Shown here: piece after piece, positions 1 to 11,190 of the stretch | How the letters are laid out: each line of letters opens with the position of its first letter | Position numbering within the stretch: position 1 is the first letter of the stretch | Assembly (NCBI GenBank): GCA_030390025.1 | Contig: CM059432.1 | Coordinates: 122,514,001 to 122,578,000 of the forward strand | Length of the DNA stretch: 64,000 bases | Reading direction: 5' to 3' | Source: Squalus acanthias | Taxonomy: Eukaryota | Translations under genes and position numbers: made by a program | Notes under the pieces: generated by a model | What the model was told of the DNA's origin: nothing | Seen by the model: the letters and a program-made list of their open reading frames with translations, nothing else | Database searches by the model: none

Positions 1-820
1 GAGAAAGGAATGTGCGTGAGTGAGTGTGCAGCTATGTGTTTGGGAGATGTGCCTGCCTTAGTTCAATAGCTGTGATTGTAGGCAAGGCGTGCGATGTGGA
101 TGTGAGTTTTAGTAGATGGAGATGCTTGGTGGGTGAGTGGGTGGGTGTGGTGGTTTGTGCAGTGTGTACAGACTGAGGTTCAGATGGTTTTATGTAGGAC
201 TTGTTGAAGCATGTACTCACCCTGACCACCCGAGTGAGGTCGTTGAATTTTTTACGGCACTGCATGAGGGTCCTGAGGACCACACTGCTGGCCAAGACGT
301 TCTGGGCCACTTCCCTCCACATTGCCCTGAAGACCTGGGGCAATGGCCTCCTGCCAGTGGCCGGGAAAAGCACTGTGCTCCTTCTTTCGACTGCCGCGAC
401 CAATGCCTCCAATGCCTGGTCGCTGAAACGGCGAGCTCTCTCCCTGGGACTGGGATCAGCCATGAGGATAAGAGGTGTAGCTGTTGAGTTGCTTGGAGGT
501 CGCCTTCAGAGCCAGCAATGTTGAGAATGAGGTTGTGCAGAATGATTGAACCTCCCCTTTAAGAACTGGAAGGAGCCAGTGTGAATGATGAGTCCCGATT
601 GGAGTGCACCTGAAATTGGTTACAGCTCTGCGGGTAGCGCCCCGCTCTCTGTGTGTAGCGCCCTAAGTTAGGTAATTAGTGCTTGATTTAGAGCTCCAGT
701 TCTTTCTTGAAGCACTAACAATCAATTTAGCGGGAGGTCAGAAGGATTAGCGCCTGGTGCTAATTCTCCAACTTTTTAAAATTTAGCGCCCCAATTGGGG
801 CGATACCGAATTTCTAGCCC
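1..820 (-). mobile_element. Right end of a PIF/Harbinger transposon, continuing beyond the window start
   Basis: Terminal AATTTCTAGCCC at 809-820 matches the other Harbinger ends in the window. It contains a Myb/SANT-like first exon. Confidence 0.8.
221..463 (-). CDS. Exon 1 of a Harbinger Myb/SANT-like (MSANTD-type) DNA-binding protein
   Basis: MADPSPRERARRFSDQALEALV...QCRKKFNDLTRVVR, 243 nt, followed by a GTGAGT donor. Paralogous to 5789-6025. Confidence 0.8.
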
Positions 821-904
821 AATGATTCCAAATAGCATTTATTTAAAGTACATCAATAAAGGCATTGCTCAGATTCTGAAAACTTGTTATTATTTACAGA
901 CACT

Positions 905-1443
905 GGGGGCTAATTTTCAACAGATCAGTTCTTAGTGTCAGTTCAAAACTCACCCACTGCAGCTGACTTCTGTCTGTCTCTCGGATGAGTTCCCGACCGT
1001 TCTGAGAAGAGGTGCAAATTTGCATGGTCTGGAAGCCACCTGCCGAGCAGGTAAGTGCGTGGGATCGTCTGCCGAGCCGTCTTGCAGGGATCCTGGCCCC
1101 ACAGGGAATTATATTTTTTCATTTTAAAATTACATTTTCGGGCCTCTTCTGGCCCTGATCCATTCGTGTGCTCAGTTGGTCTGGTGGGAAACTTACTGCC
1201 ATTTCCCACTCAGACCTCCTGGTAAAAATTGCAGTCCGGTCCCATCGGATGACATCACTGGAACCCGGCATGCACAGGGTAAAAAGGAACCCACTGGCTT
1301 TAGGCGAGTGTCCTTGCTACTTGCTCAAAAGAGGAGGTTAAAATACAAACCTGTCAGTTCCCGGTGGCTTCAGGGCAGCCAAGTAACTTGGGCAATTTTA
1401 ACGGTCCTGTTTCCATCGGGCGGGTCGGGTTAGAATCGCCCCC
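905..1443. mobile_element. Harbinger-type MITE
   Basis: Imperfect terminal inverted repeats GGGGGCTAATTTT ... AGAATCGCCCCC. No coding capacity. Confidence 0.5.
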
Positions 1444-2360
1444 TTAGTGAAACCTGTAAAACCATAAAGCATAGACCGCAAAAAAGCCATTCGGCTCATC
1501 AAACTCGTTCCATCCACAGACCGTATACAACCTGGTCAGGTGTCAGACTTGGCTCAGTGGTCGCACTCTCGTCTCTGAGTCAGATGGTCCTGAGTTCAAG
1601 CCCCACGCCAGAGACTTGAACACATAATCCAGGCTGACACTTCAGTACAGTAATGAGGGAGTGCTATACTGTCAGAGGTGCCTTCTTTTGGATGAGCCGT
1701 TAAACTGAGACCCCGACTGCCCTCTCGTGTGAAATATCCCATGGTACCATCAAAGAAGAGGTCGCACAACACCAGGTTATAGTCCAACAGTTTTATTTGA
1801 AATCACAAGCTTTCGGAGCCGAAAGCTTGTGATTTCAAATAAAACTGTTGGGGGTAAAAATTCAGTTGGTTGCGCCTCCCGTTAGCGCCTTAAGAGGGCG
1901 CTAATGGGGCGCAAAGCCGCTAACGCCCGGGCGCAGCGATGTTTGCGCCGCTCGAGAACTTAACTAGAGATTGTGCGGCGGCGCTAAAACTTACCGCTGC
2001 GACCACCTGCACGCGCAGATTATGACGTCATTCCATGGTGCAACGCCCTTGGGGCGCCCCGGAGCGGAAATTGAGTGGCGCCCCCTGCCTTACCGCCTGC
2101 CGCTTCCAATGACTGGAAGACTGGAACGCTATCAATCGCTGTGGGGCGGGGGGGGGCGCTATTTAAAGGGGGCCTCTTCCTGTCTTTTTCTGTGGTCGAC
2201 ATTTATGCACCACTCGTTCTGAGAGAGAGAGAGAGATTCGGAGAGAGAGAGAGAGAGACTTCTACATTGACTCAACGCTTTGTGAGGTAGTTTTGCCTAT
2301 TCATCCTAACTTTGTTGCTACTTTAGTTGCTGTCCCTCATTACTTTTCTTGCAAAGAGAA

Positions 2361-3954
2361 TATGGGGGCTGCACTGATTGGGGGTGTCGTCCTGCTCCAG
2401 CTGAATCGGAGGATACAGAGACGCAGAGAGAGAGTGGCAATGATGGCCAGACGGAGGAGGGCCATCAGGCGCATGTACAGGAGAGCCTACCCTCCCAGGG
2501 TATATCGTGAACAGCTCTCCTAGAAACATAGAAACATAGAATCTAGGAGCAGGAGTAGGCCATTCGGCCCGTCGAGCCTGCTCCACCATTCAATACGATC
2601 ATGGCTGATCATCCAAATCCAGTACCCTGTCCCTGCTTTAATCCCCACAGTACACATATCCCACCCTACCCCCGTAACCCCACGTATTTAATTCCCCCTA
2701 ACATATCCCATCCTATCCCCATAACCCCACATATTTAATCCCCCCCTAACACTAAGGGTCAATTTATCATAGCCAAATCAACCTAACCCGCACATTTTTG
2801 GACTGTGGGAGGAAACCGGAGCACCCAGAGGAAACCCACGCAGACACGGGGAGAATGTGCAAACTCCACACAGACAGTCACCCGAGGTCAGATTCGAACC
2901 CGGGTCCCTGGCGCTGTGAGGCACCAGTGCTACCCACTATGCCACCGTGTTGCCCATCCATATGTCCGAGGAGCTGTGTTTGCGAAGGCTGCGATTCAGC
3001 AAGGAGGTGGTCACTGAGCTCTGCCACCTGCTGCAGCCAGATCTGCAGCCTCAACTGAGGTCCAGGACGTCTCTGTCGGTGGCAGTGAAGGTCACAGTGG
3101 CTTTGAACTTCTATGCCACTGGCTCATTCCAAGCTGCTGTTGGGGACCTCGCCAATATCTCCCAGTTCGCGGTGCATCGCTGCATCCGGCAGGTCACAAA
3201 TGCCCTCTTCAGAAGGAGACGAGAGTTCATCTCTTTCCCTATGACCCCAGACAAGCAGCGTGACCGCGCTCTGGGCTTTGCGAGGGTAGCGGGCTTCCCC
3301 ATGGTGCAGGGCGCCATTGACTGCACGCATGTGGCTTTGCGTGCTCTGCGTGAGAATGCAGAGGAATTCAGGAACAGAAAGGGGTTCCATTCCTTGAATG
3401 TCCAGTTGGTCTGTGACCACAGACAGCTGATACTCGCTGTCAATGCCCACTATCCTGGCAGCTGCCACGATGCTTTTATCCTGTGCCAGACTACTGTGGC
3501 AGAACTTTTCGAGGCACCGCATCAGCCAGTTGGTTGGCTTCTCGGGGACAAGGGGTACGCATTGAGCACCTGGCTGATGACACCGCTCCGTACGCCAAAC
3601 ACCCCTGCTGAGCTGCGGTACAATGAAAGCCATCAAGCAACCAGGAACATTATTGAGCGCACAATCGGCGTGCTGAAACAACGGTTCCGCTGTCTGGACC
3701 ATTCCGGAGGAGCCCTGCAGTACTCGCCTGAGCAAGTATCGAACTTCGTAGTCGTGTGCTGCATGTTGCACAACATGGCAATCCTCAGGACCCAGCCAAT
3801 GCCACCAGGCCTTGGAGCACCACCAGAGGAGGAGGAGGAAGAGGAGGAAGAGGACGAGGACGATGATCATCAGCAGCACCAAGGCGGGAGGGCGGCCCAC
3901 AATGGTCAAACTGCAAGGGCCGTCCGTCAACGGCTAATAGCAAGCCGCTTCTAG
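2361..3954 (+). pseudogene. Harbinger (HARBI1-like) DDE transposase, interrupted near its N-terminus by a SINE
   Basis: MGAALIGG...VYREQLS (2361-2520), then after the SINE HMSEELCLRRLRFSK...GAIDCTH...GSCHDAFIL...LLGDKGY...RNIIERTIGVLKQRFRCL, open to 3954. Confidence 0.92.
2521..2955 (-). mobile_element. HE1-like V-SINE with a CR1-derived 3' tail
   Basis: Minus-strand tRNA-like head GGGCAACACGGTGGCATAGTGG...GGGTTCGAATC, V-domain (GGAGGAAACCGGAGCACCC...GAAACCCACGCAGACACGGGGAGAA on +), and a tail ending in (TTTCTATG)n shared with the CR1 copies at 17545 and 52968. Confidence 0.85.
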
Positions 3955-4213
3955 GGCCCCTGCCATTGCTACCAACATTAATCAACCCAGCACGCAACCC
4001 CTAAGCCGGCCAAGGCACCAATAATTCCAACCACCAGCCATGTATATTTTGAATACAGAAACTTATTTATTTTACAAACTCTGTGTGTGTCAATTCCTCA
4101 TGACAAACTCATAGAAATAAACACAAAAAAACAGTCAATAACATAACTGGTTCTCACAACCTGGAGATAATGTCCAAAACACTAAACAAAAGTTGGACCA
4201 CGAACCTCGGCCT

Positions 4214-6025
4214 TTAATAAAAAAATGACCAGCATTTTGTCACACCTCCTACTTTTTGCCCTTCGAGGGTGATCTCCTTCCCTTGCGCACTTTCCCCCCT
4301 TCTAACCCTACTGCTCCTCCGTAATGGGACCTCAGTGGCTGCAGCAAGGCTGGTGGAAGGCTGCTGCTCGTCAGACCCTGACACTGCAGATGCCCCTGAA
4401 GGACGGCCTCGACCACTTCTGGGCCTGGAGGGCCCGGCTGCAGACTGCACCAACTCTGCATGGGCGGCAGCAGTCTGTCCTACAGGCGGTGGCAAGTGCA
4501 GTGGAGAAGTGACAGTGTTGGCAGCAGGAATGCTGTCATCGTGAGAGAGGACAGCAACTCCCTGCTCGCCCGACACACTGGCACTCCCACGGGGCAGCAC
4601 TTCAGCATCCGGAGCAATCTGCCGGAGAACAGATTGCTGGCCTGCTGCGGCGCGGTGACAGCCCCGGGGACATGTGCACGAACCATCGAGGTTGGCAGCA
4701 GTCTGTGCTCGCGTGGCCTCAATCTGAGTCTGTATGAGAGCAGTCAGAGATGGGATCACGGCAGCCAGTGACTGAATTGCAGCACTAAGCGTTAGTGTGG
4801 CATCCGCCTGTGCTACAGCGAAGTGCTCCACACTCCTTGCCAGTGACTCAATGCATTCGGGCACCCTTCCCACTGCACCCATGAGCTCAGTGTGCATGCC
4901 CACCGCCTGGGTGTTCATTTCTGCGATCAGCCGCTCCTCCTCTGTGTCCATTGCAGTAGGAGTGTCTGGCATACTCTCCCTCTGGGGAGAAGGCCCCCGT
5001 TCTTCCCTACCCCCCCCATGGCGTTGCTGCAGCCCGCTGGGTCCTGGAGCTTCACCCTCATCAGCCCCTTCCCCCCTGCTCCCCTCCGGGGAAGGCGTGT
5101 TCCCAGTGTGGGCATGGGCTTCCTCGGGAGAGGGTGGCACTGATGCTCTGGCTTCCTCTTCCTCCTCAGCTGCAGCATCACTCCCAGTGGCAGCTTCAGG
5201 GCCCGTCTCCTCAGCTGGTGAATCACCATCTGAAAGCAGGGAGGTACAAGAGTGGCTTTAGCGTGAGGACAGGGTGGCAGTAAGGGAGGAATAAGTGCAG
5301 CGAGTTAGCAAGGACAGAGGACAAAAAGGTGATGACCTTACCATTGCTGTCCAGAACGGGGTCGGCGTCTCCAGTGGCGACGGGACCGATCACCCGGCTT
5401 GCCACAATCCTGTGGACGCGCTCCTCAAGATCGCTGAGGGGTTGCAGCTGAGGCCGCCCTCCACCTGTCCGTTGCTGCTGTCTCCTATTATGAGCCAGCT
5501 TAGCCTGCAAGAAAAAGGACAGCATCTGAGTAAATATACAGCCATGGTCTTGCCTGATGTGCCTCCCATAGGTGAATAGCCCTTACAATATACAGCCATG
5601 GTCTTGCCTGATGTGCCTCCCATCGGTGAATAGCCCTTACTGTATGCAAAGTGTGGAATGTGTGTGTGTGTTTGATGAAAGGGCCATAGGTGTTGGATGA
5701 GTGTTGTGCATTGGGGTTTTAAGACCCTCTGGCCATAGAGTGAGGTTGAGATGGAGGGATGGAGAGGTATTGAGAAAAAGCCACTCACCCTGACGACCCG
5801 AGTGAGGTCGTTGAACTTTTTGCGGCATTGAGTATGGGTCCTGGGCACCATGCTCCTGGAGGAGACGCTCTGAGCCACCTCCCTCCACACTCTTCTGAAC
5901 TCGCGTGGCAAAGGCCTCCTGCCACTCTCAGGGAACAGCATACATCGTCTGCGCTCCACTGCGCCAACCAGAGCATCCAAGGCCCGCTCGGTGAAGTGAT
6001 GAGCGCGTTCTCTCACCCTCTCCAT
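4214..6025 (-). CDS. Harbinger Myb/SANT-like DNA-binding protein, 3 exons (6025-5789, 5504-5342, 5229-4214), about 471 aa
   Basis: Canonical GT/AG junctions with compatible phases (0 then 1) give one uninterrupted frame: MERVRERAHHFTERALDAL...CRKKFNDLTRVVR/AKLAHNRRQQQRTGGG.../DGDSPAEE... Confidence 0.85.
5533..5640. repeat. Tandem duplication (2 x ~54 bp) in intron 1 of the Myb/SANT gene
   Basis: AATATACAGCCATGGTCTTGCCTGATGTGCCTCCCAT(A/C)GGTGAATAGCCCTTAC occurs twice. Confidence 0.9.
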
Positions 6026-8218
6026 GCTTGGCAGCAAAATGGATTCACAGGTCTCTCCAGGCCGAGATTCAAGGCTGCAATGAGCAGGGTGTGGCTGGGG
6101 AGCAAGTGGCCCCCCCCGCTTTAAGAAGTGTCCGGCGCCAGTGTGTCTGTGTTCCCTCGTTAACTGGCAGCAGCTGCGCTGCGCTCGCACGCTGAGTTAG
6201 CGCCTCACTCCTTGGCCTTTGCGCCTTAAGACAGGTGTGCAGCGCCTGCTTTAGCGCTCCACTCACCTCCCGGGGCGGTAAAAGTGAAGTTTCCAGTCAG
6301 TGCCGATAATTAGCGCCAGGCGCTAATATTTGCGTCCAGACGATATTTGCGCCCCAAATGGGGCGCGACCTAATTTCTACCCCTTGGACTATAACCTGGT
6401 GTTGTGCGACCTCTCAATTTTGTCCACCCCAGTCCAACACCGGCATCTCTGCATCATGACCATCAAAGAAGAGCAGGGGAATTCTCCTGGTATCCTGGCC
6501 AATATTTATCCCTCAAACAACACTGAAAACAAATGACCTGGTCATTTATTTCATTGCAAATTGGCTACCGCGTTTCCTACATTACAACAGTAACTACACT
6601 TCAAAATGACTTCCTTGGCTGTAAAGCGCTTTGGGACATCCAGAGATTGTGAAAGGTTCTATATAAATGCAAGTTCATTCTTTCTTTGCTCAATCTTGAA
6701 CGTTCCATAATCCATTTAGTCTCCACAGAAAGGTCCTGCAATTTTCTCCTTGACCTACAAAGGTAAATCAGGGAAAACTGCAGAATCCCTATCTAAATGT
6801 GCATGATTCTTTATGCATGCTGCCCAGTTAATATACTTCAGTATTTCAGCAGCTCCCAAAAGGCTTTTAGACTTTCATGCCACCCAGTAAAGTGCTTTGG
6901 AACATCTCTTTCAATATGAGGACTGCTGTAGTTGTGCCGTGCTTGAGTGAAACCAAGAAAAGTGAAAAGTTTAACATCATTAAATGTTGCGGTTTGGTTA
7001 TAGAAGCTATGTTGCTTGCAGTGAACTAAATTACAAGATTCAGGATACAAAACACTTGGCAGAAGCATAACATTGTACAGCTTTGAGGGAAATGGTCTTT
7101 CCCATGGGGTTTACTGACTAAGCAGGGTGTAGGTCATATTCAGTACATTAGTCCAAGAGCAATGTAGCCCGTCAGCTATAGTCTCCCAGGACAGAATGTA
7201 CTGCAGCAACAGTTAAGCACAGGATGTAATAACAAGATGAAAACTCATATATGGAAGGACAGACAGCATTACATGCATGATGAGAACAATTTGTCTTAGC
7301 TTTTTGATCGACTGTCTGTCAACAACTTATCAGCCTGTCCCAACCCAGCTGCACACACCAACGTCAGCTATTATATTTTAGAGTAACATTTTCTGCAACA
7401 AGTAACAACTTAATACCATTGTCTGTTGTATTTAAGATGCTCATTGAGGTCAGAGATGTCAGTGCTGGGGATCTAACCTTTTATTCTGTGAGCCTACAAA
7501 TTCCTCTTGATCTGCTGTTCAAGGGTTAACTAAGCATTACTAAAAGTTTGGGGAGTATTAAAAGCTGCTCGTTAACTGGATTAAAGTTGGTATAACTAGT
7601 AAGAAAGCCCAAGAGATAATATTAACCAAAAGACGCCAAGCACTGACCTTAAAGGATAAAGAAATCAAGGTCTCAGAAGAGGAGTTAGCTACAAAAACTA
7701 AATTGGACTAAGTAACAGTTTACAAATGATAGGGAGATTATAGTCATCAGGAATTCTTTGCTGCCGAATGAATGAATGTGTGACATAAAGACAGCGGGCT
7801 AGAGTTTCCGCTTTGGGGAAAATCGGCGATCTGGGCGCAAATTGCTCTCAAAATTGCGCTCGTTTTCTGAATTGAATTTTTTGCTCAAATTTCCACTCAA
7901 ACTCATTTGCATATCGTTGAACGGAAAATCTGCCATGAACCAGCACATTAAAATGTAATTTTTAAAAATAATTTGCATTAAAATATATTCCTTGATGTAT
8001 TTAAGAGCGGTAACCTGGTGCAGTTTTATTAATACAGCTGAAAATGGGTTTATCACAAAAAATAAGCTTTTTTTAATCAGAGTATCTAGTCCACCACCTG
8101 TGAGTAACCTGATTTTAAATAACTGAAAGTGACTTTAAAAAACTATACAGAAACATTTACTCGTTTCATTGGTGTACAGTAGTCAGTGTCGTAGTAAATA
8201 AAAAAAAATACATAAAAA

Positions 8219-8304
8219 CTTTTAAAAGGTGCATATTAGTGCCTCTTCAAAGGCCCGCAAATTTGCAGGCCTTTGAAGCAGCATTAATATGCACCTTTTA
8301 AAAG
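8219..8304. repeat. Loop-less palindrome with 43-bp arms
   Basis: CTTTTAAAAGGTGCATATT...GCAAA|TTTGC...AATATGCACCTTTTAAAAG, about four mismatches. Confidence 0.9.
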
Positions 8305-9619
8305 CATTTAGTGGAAACTCGCCATGGTGATTAATTTGATCAGGGAGCGGGGGGGCTGGCCAGTTTTGTGGGCGGGGCCGGCTTCCAGCGCATTGTTTTT
8401 TAAACTAGCGCAAAAGATCACAGAAACTGCAGGCCAACATCTACAGGATGGTAAGTCGCCTATCTGGAGCTGGAGCTGGTGCTCAGAATGAGGAATGGTT
8501 ACAAGGGTTACTGAAAGGAACAGGTTGAGACCCAATAGTGTCCGAGGGAGAAATTGGCTAACCCCTGAAAACGGGCGTGGAGATCGTGGTACAAACTAGA
8601 AACAACAATATTGGGAATAACATTGAAGCAGACATGATAGTCATTTATACCAGATAGGTGGGGAGGAGAGCAAGGAGGAATGAAGACCTCAGATGAGACA
8701 GATCATAGGAGAGAAGATATTCAACAGGTAAGGAGAACAAATTGCTTCACAAAGAGATAGAAAGGGTATTGAGAACAGGAAAGTTATTTCAATGGGAAAA
8801 CTCAATGTTTTACAATCTAGGTGGACCGTGCCTGACTCTGGATACCCTCCACACCACCCCACTCTGCCCACCCCCAACCTCTCCCTCAACAAAATTTCAT
8901 GCCCTAATGGGTGAATATATGGAAGCCTCAGACTTGAACTGCAGCCTGTCCTGAGACCAAACTTTGGACTTGACCAACTACCCTAATGGCAACCCAGGAC
9001 TCAAACTGCTAGGGTCAGAGTGTGTAGCCGGGAGCTCTAGCAACTACCAACTAAATCCTGCTCTCCTCCTTCCTCCTCTTCCTACCCCTACCTGTAAGGT
9101 TTCCAAAATTTGCAGATCCCCAAAACCTAAGAAGAAAAAAGGACTTTGGAACTACCTCAGAGTGATAAAAATGCATTTGGGCCTAACCTAAGAGACTGTA
9201 AGACCAAAAACCAAGTTTTGGCATTTTAAAAGCATGCCTGGGCCTGTGAAGGGAGAAAAGGCTGTGAAGGAAGTTGGGTGCGACCTCTGCAAAAGCAGTT
9301 TTGGGTATTGCAGTTAAATTGCATTGTCTGGGGAATCGGGATGACCTCACTCAAGCCCCAGCAAGCATTAACATTTTGACAATAGACCCTAGGAGGAGAC
9401 AGCCCCACCCAAAACAACAGGTCCCATCAAACCGATTACAGAACCCATTAAAGACATGCATAAAGCAAATAGTCGATCGAAGTCCTAGGCCCAGTCAAGA
9501 AATCCAAAACATGAGGACAATTCAAACTCCGATTAAACAACAGATCGACAGGATGGAGCTATTTTGAAATCACTTCACACATTTACAAAACCAGTTAACA
9601 CGCTAGTAAAGTCGTTACT

Positions 9620-10440
9620 GTTAACGAGGTCTTACAATGACCGGGATTTGATTTGGTTTTGATAAGGCCACTTCAATTTAGTATAATTGAAGGCCCATCA
9701 AGCAGTTCAGGGGTAACAACAGTTCAAGTTCAACAGAAGGCAGTTCTGCAGTTTTGGAGTTCAATTTGAAAGCCTGTTTTTCAGCAGAAGTCAGTGCTAG
9801 AATTATAGAGTTCAGGAGAAGCAAGTAGGGCAGTTAAAGAAGACAGTTCAGTAAGAAAGGAGTTCTCCAGTGAAACAGTTCAAGTTCAACAAGCAGGCAG
9901 AAGGCAGTTTCCACAGTTCTGCAAGAAGGCAGTTCCACAGAAGACAGTTTAAACAGAAAGCAGTTCAACAAAGAAAGCCAACAGCTCCAGAAGTAGGCCG
10001 ACACGCAAGAAGGGACCAGAGCGACCGCCTCAGTGACCATCGGACACCTCACGGCAACAAGGGCCTTACGAAACCTTTTACTCAAAAGACTCTAAACCCT
10101 AACTCTCAACTGTCAAGGATTCGTTTGGTGAGCATTATCCCTGGTCTCCAGAGTCCAACCTAGCTATGAAGTGGGATTGGGAGGGGTGAAGTATTCTTCT
10201 AATGTTATTTCCCTCGCGTGTACCGAAGTGTTCCCCACCTTTAGAGTGTTAAGAGTGTTTGTGTTGTGTTTTACTTTCTCGAATAAAGATCGAAATTCTT
10301 TCATCAAAACCTGTTGTCTACTGCATCTTTGTTCACACCCCCAAATAAGTCCAAGGTCTAGAACCAGGGGTGTGGGAGCGATTCGAACCGCTCACTGAGT
10401 CAGAGGTGAAGCTGACCCAACCACACCACCCCCTACATAC
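9620..10440 (+). mobile_element. Probable solo or remnant LTR
   Basis: Begins TGTTAA, has short CAGTTC/AGAAG repeats, AATAAA at 10282 and a downstream hairpin motif shared with the provirus U5. Boundaries are uncertain. Confidence 0.4.
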
Positions 10441-11190
10441 CCCTCTGCTTCCTCCCTTCCCCAAACACAGAACACAGGTTGGAAGTCAAATGGTGAGGTC
10501 TGCTGAGGAAAAGGCAAGCAAGGCCAGGCAGGTTACCCTAAGAAGAGAGCATATACCTTGGTCTCATTCAATGCTAAGACTGACTAAAAGCAAATCCATT
10601 CAGCCTGATAACCGGGCAAGAGCAGTGTGGTTTATTGGGCCGGAGGTTGCTGGAGCGGGGCATCTTGCGGCGTGCCCAGTTAATTGTATTTTTTTTCTGC
10701 ACCCTTCAGCTCAAAAAAATGTTGTTCCGTAACTTGCTGGAAGTGCGAGATGATAACAGCGTGGCGAGGGCAATGGGACTTTATCTGGGACCTTAGTGAA
10801 TGGTGGGACCAACAGTCTATCTCCTTAACCAATGAGATTTAAGGATTGAGAAAGAACTAGAGGTAGAACTCAGAAGGAAATAGGGTGAATTAGAGTCAAA
10901 TCAAGTACAGAAAGAGAAATAAAGGCCTGGATTTTAATTCGCAGACGCGCTGGGAGCCGGGGGGGGGGGGTGGTGGTGGTGGGGGGGGGGGTCGTGTGGT
11001 GATAGTGCATCAGAAACCCGGAAATAAGTGCTCATTAGCATTTTACTTCCATGTTTCTTGTCCAATTAGCGTCAGTGGGCATGATGACGACCTGCATGAT
11101 GCAATTTCAACTTCAGTATTTAAAGGGACACTCTAAACATGCAAGTTGAAGGAGATTGGAGTTGTGACGGAGAGACAAAAACCCATTACA

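Larger units (their letters stand above)
1851..6383. mobile_element. Full-length PIF/Harbinger DNA transposon (~4.5 kb) with convergent transposase and Myb/SANT genes
   Basis: TIRs GGGGTAAAAATT / AATTTCTACCCC (11 of 12 match), 3-bp TSD TTG at 1848-1850 and 6384-6386, two-gene layout typical of Harbinger. Confidence 0.93.
1761..6458. mobile_element. Short Penelope-like palindromic element (1761-1850 and 6384-6458) interrupted by a Harbinger transposon
   Basis: Removing 1851-6386 restores a long near-perfect hairpin (GTCGCACAACACCAGG...CTTTCGG/CCGAAAG...CCTGGTGTTGTGCGAC). Flanked by the 15-bp duplication. Confidence 0.65.
1545..6685 (+). mobile_element. tRNA-derived SINE (LF-SINE-like core, L2-type tail) split into 1545-1760 and 6459-6685 by nested insertions
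   Basis: A/B-box head (TGGCTCAGTGG...GAGTTCAAGCC), core matching the copy at 22630-23040, and a 15-bp duplication ACCATCAAAGAAGAG at 1746-1760 and 6459-6473. Confidence 0.75.

Noticed and set aside
2880..2955. tRNA gene
   Set aside because: The A/B boxes belong to a SINE head continuous with a V-domain and CR1 tail.
2947..3954. Domesticated host HARBI1 gene
   Set aside because: It lies within TIRs and a TSD, beside a Myb/SANT partner, and is disrupted by a SINE, so it is a transposon copy.
9690..9990. CRISPR-like or regular repeat array
   Set aside because: The CAGTTC/AGAAGGCAG repeats are short and irregular, without constant repeat-spacer structure, in eukaryotic DNA.
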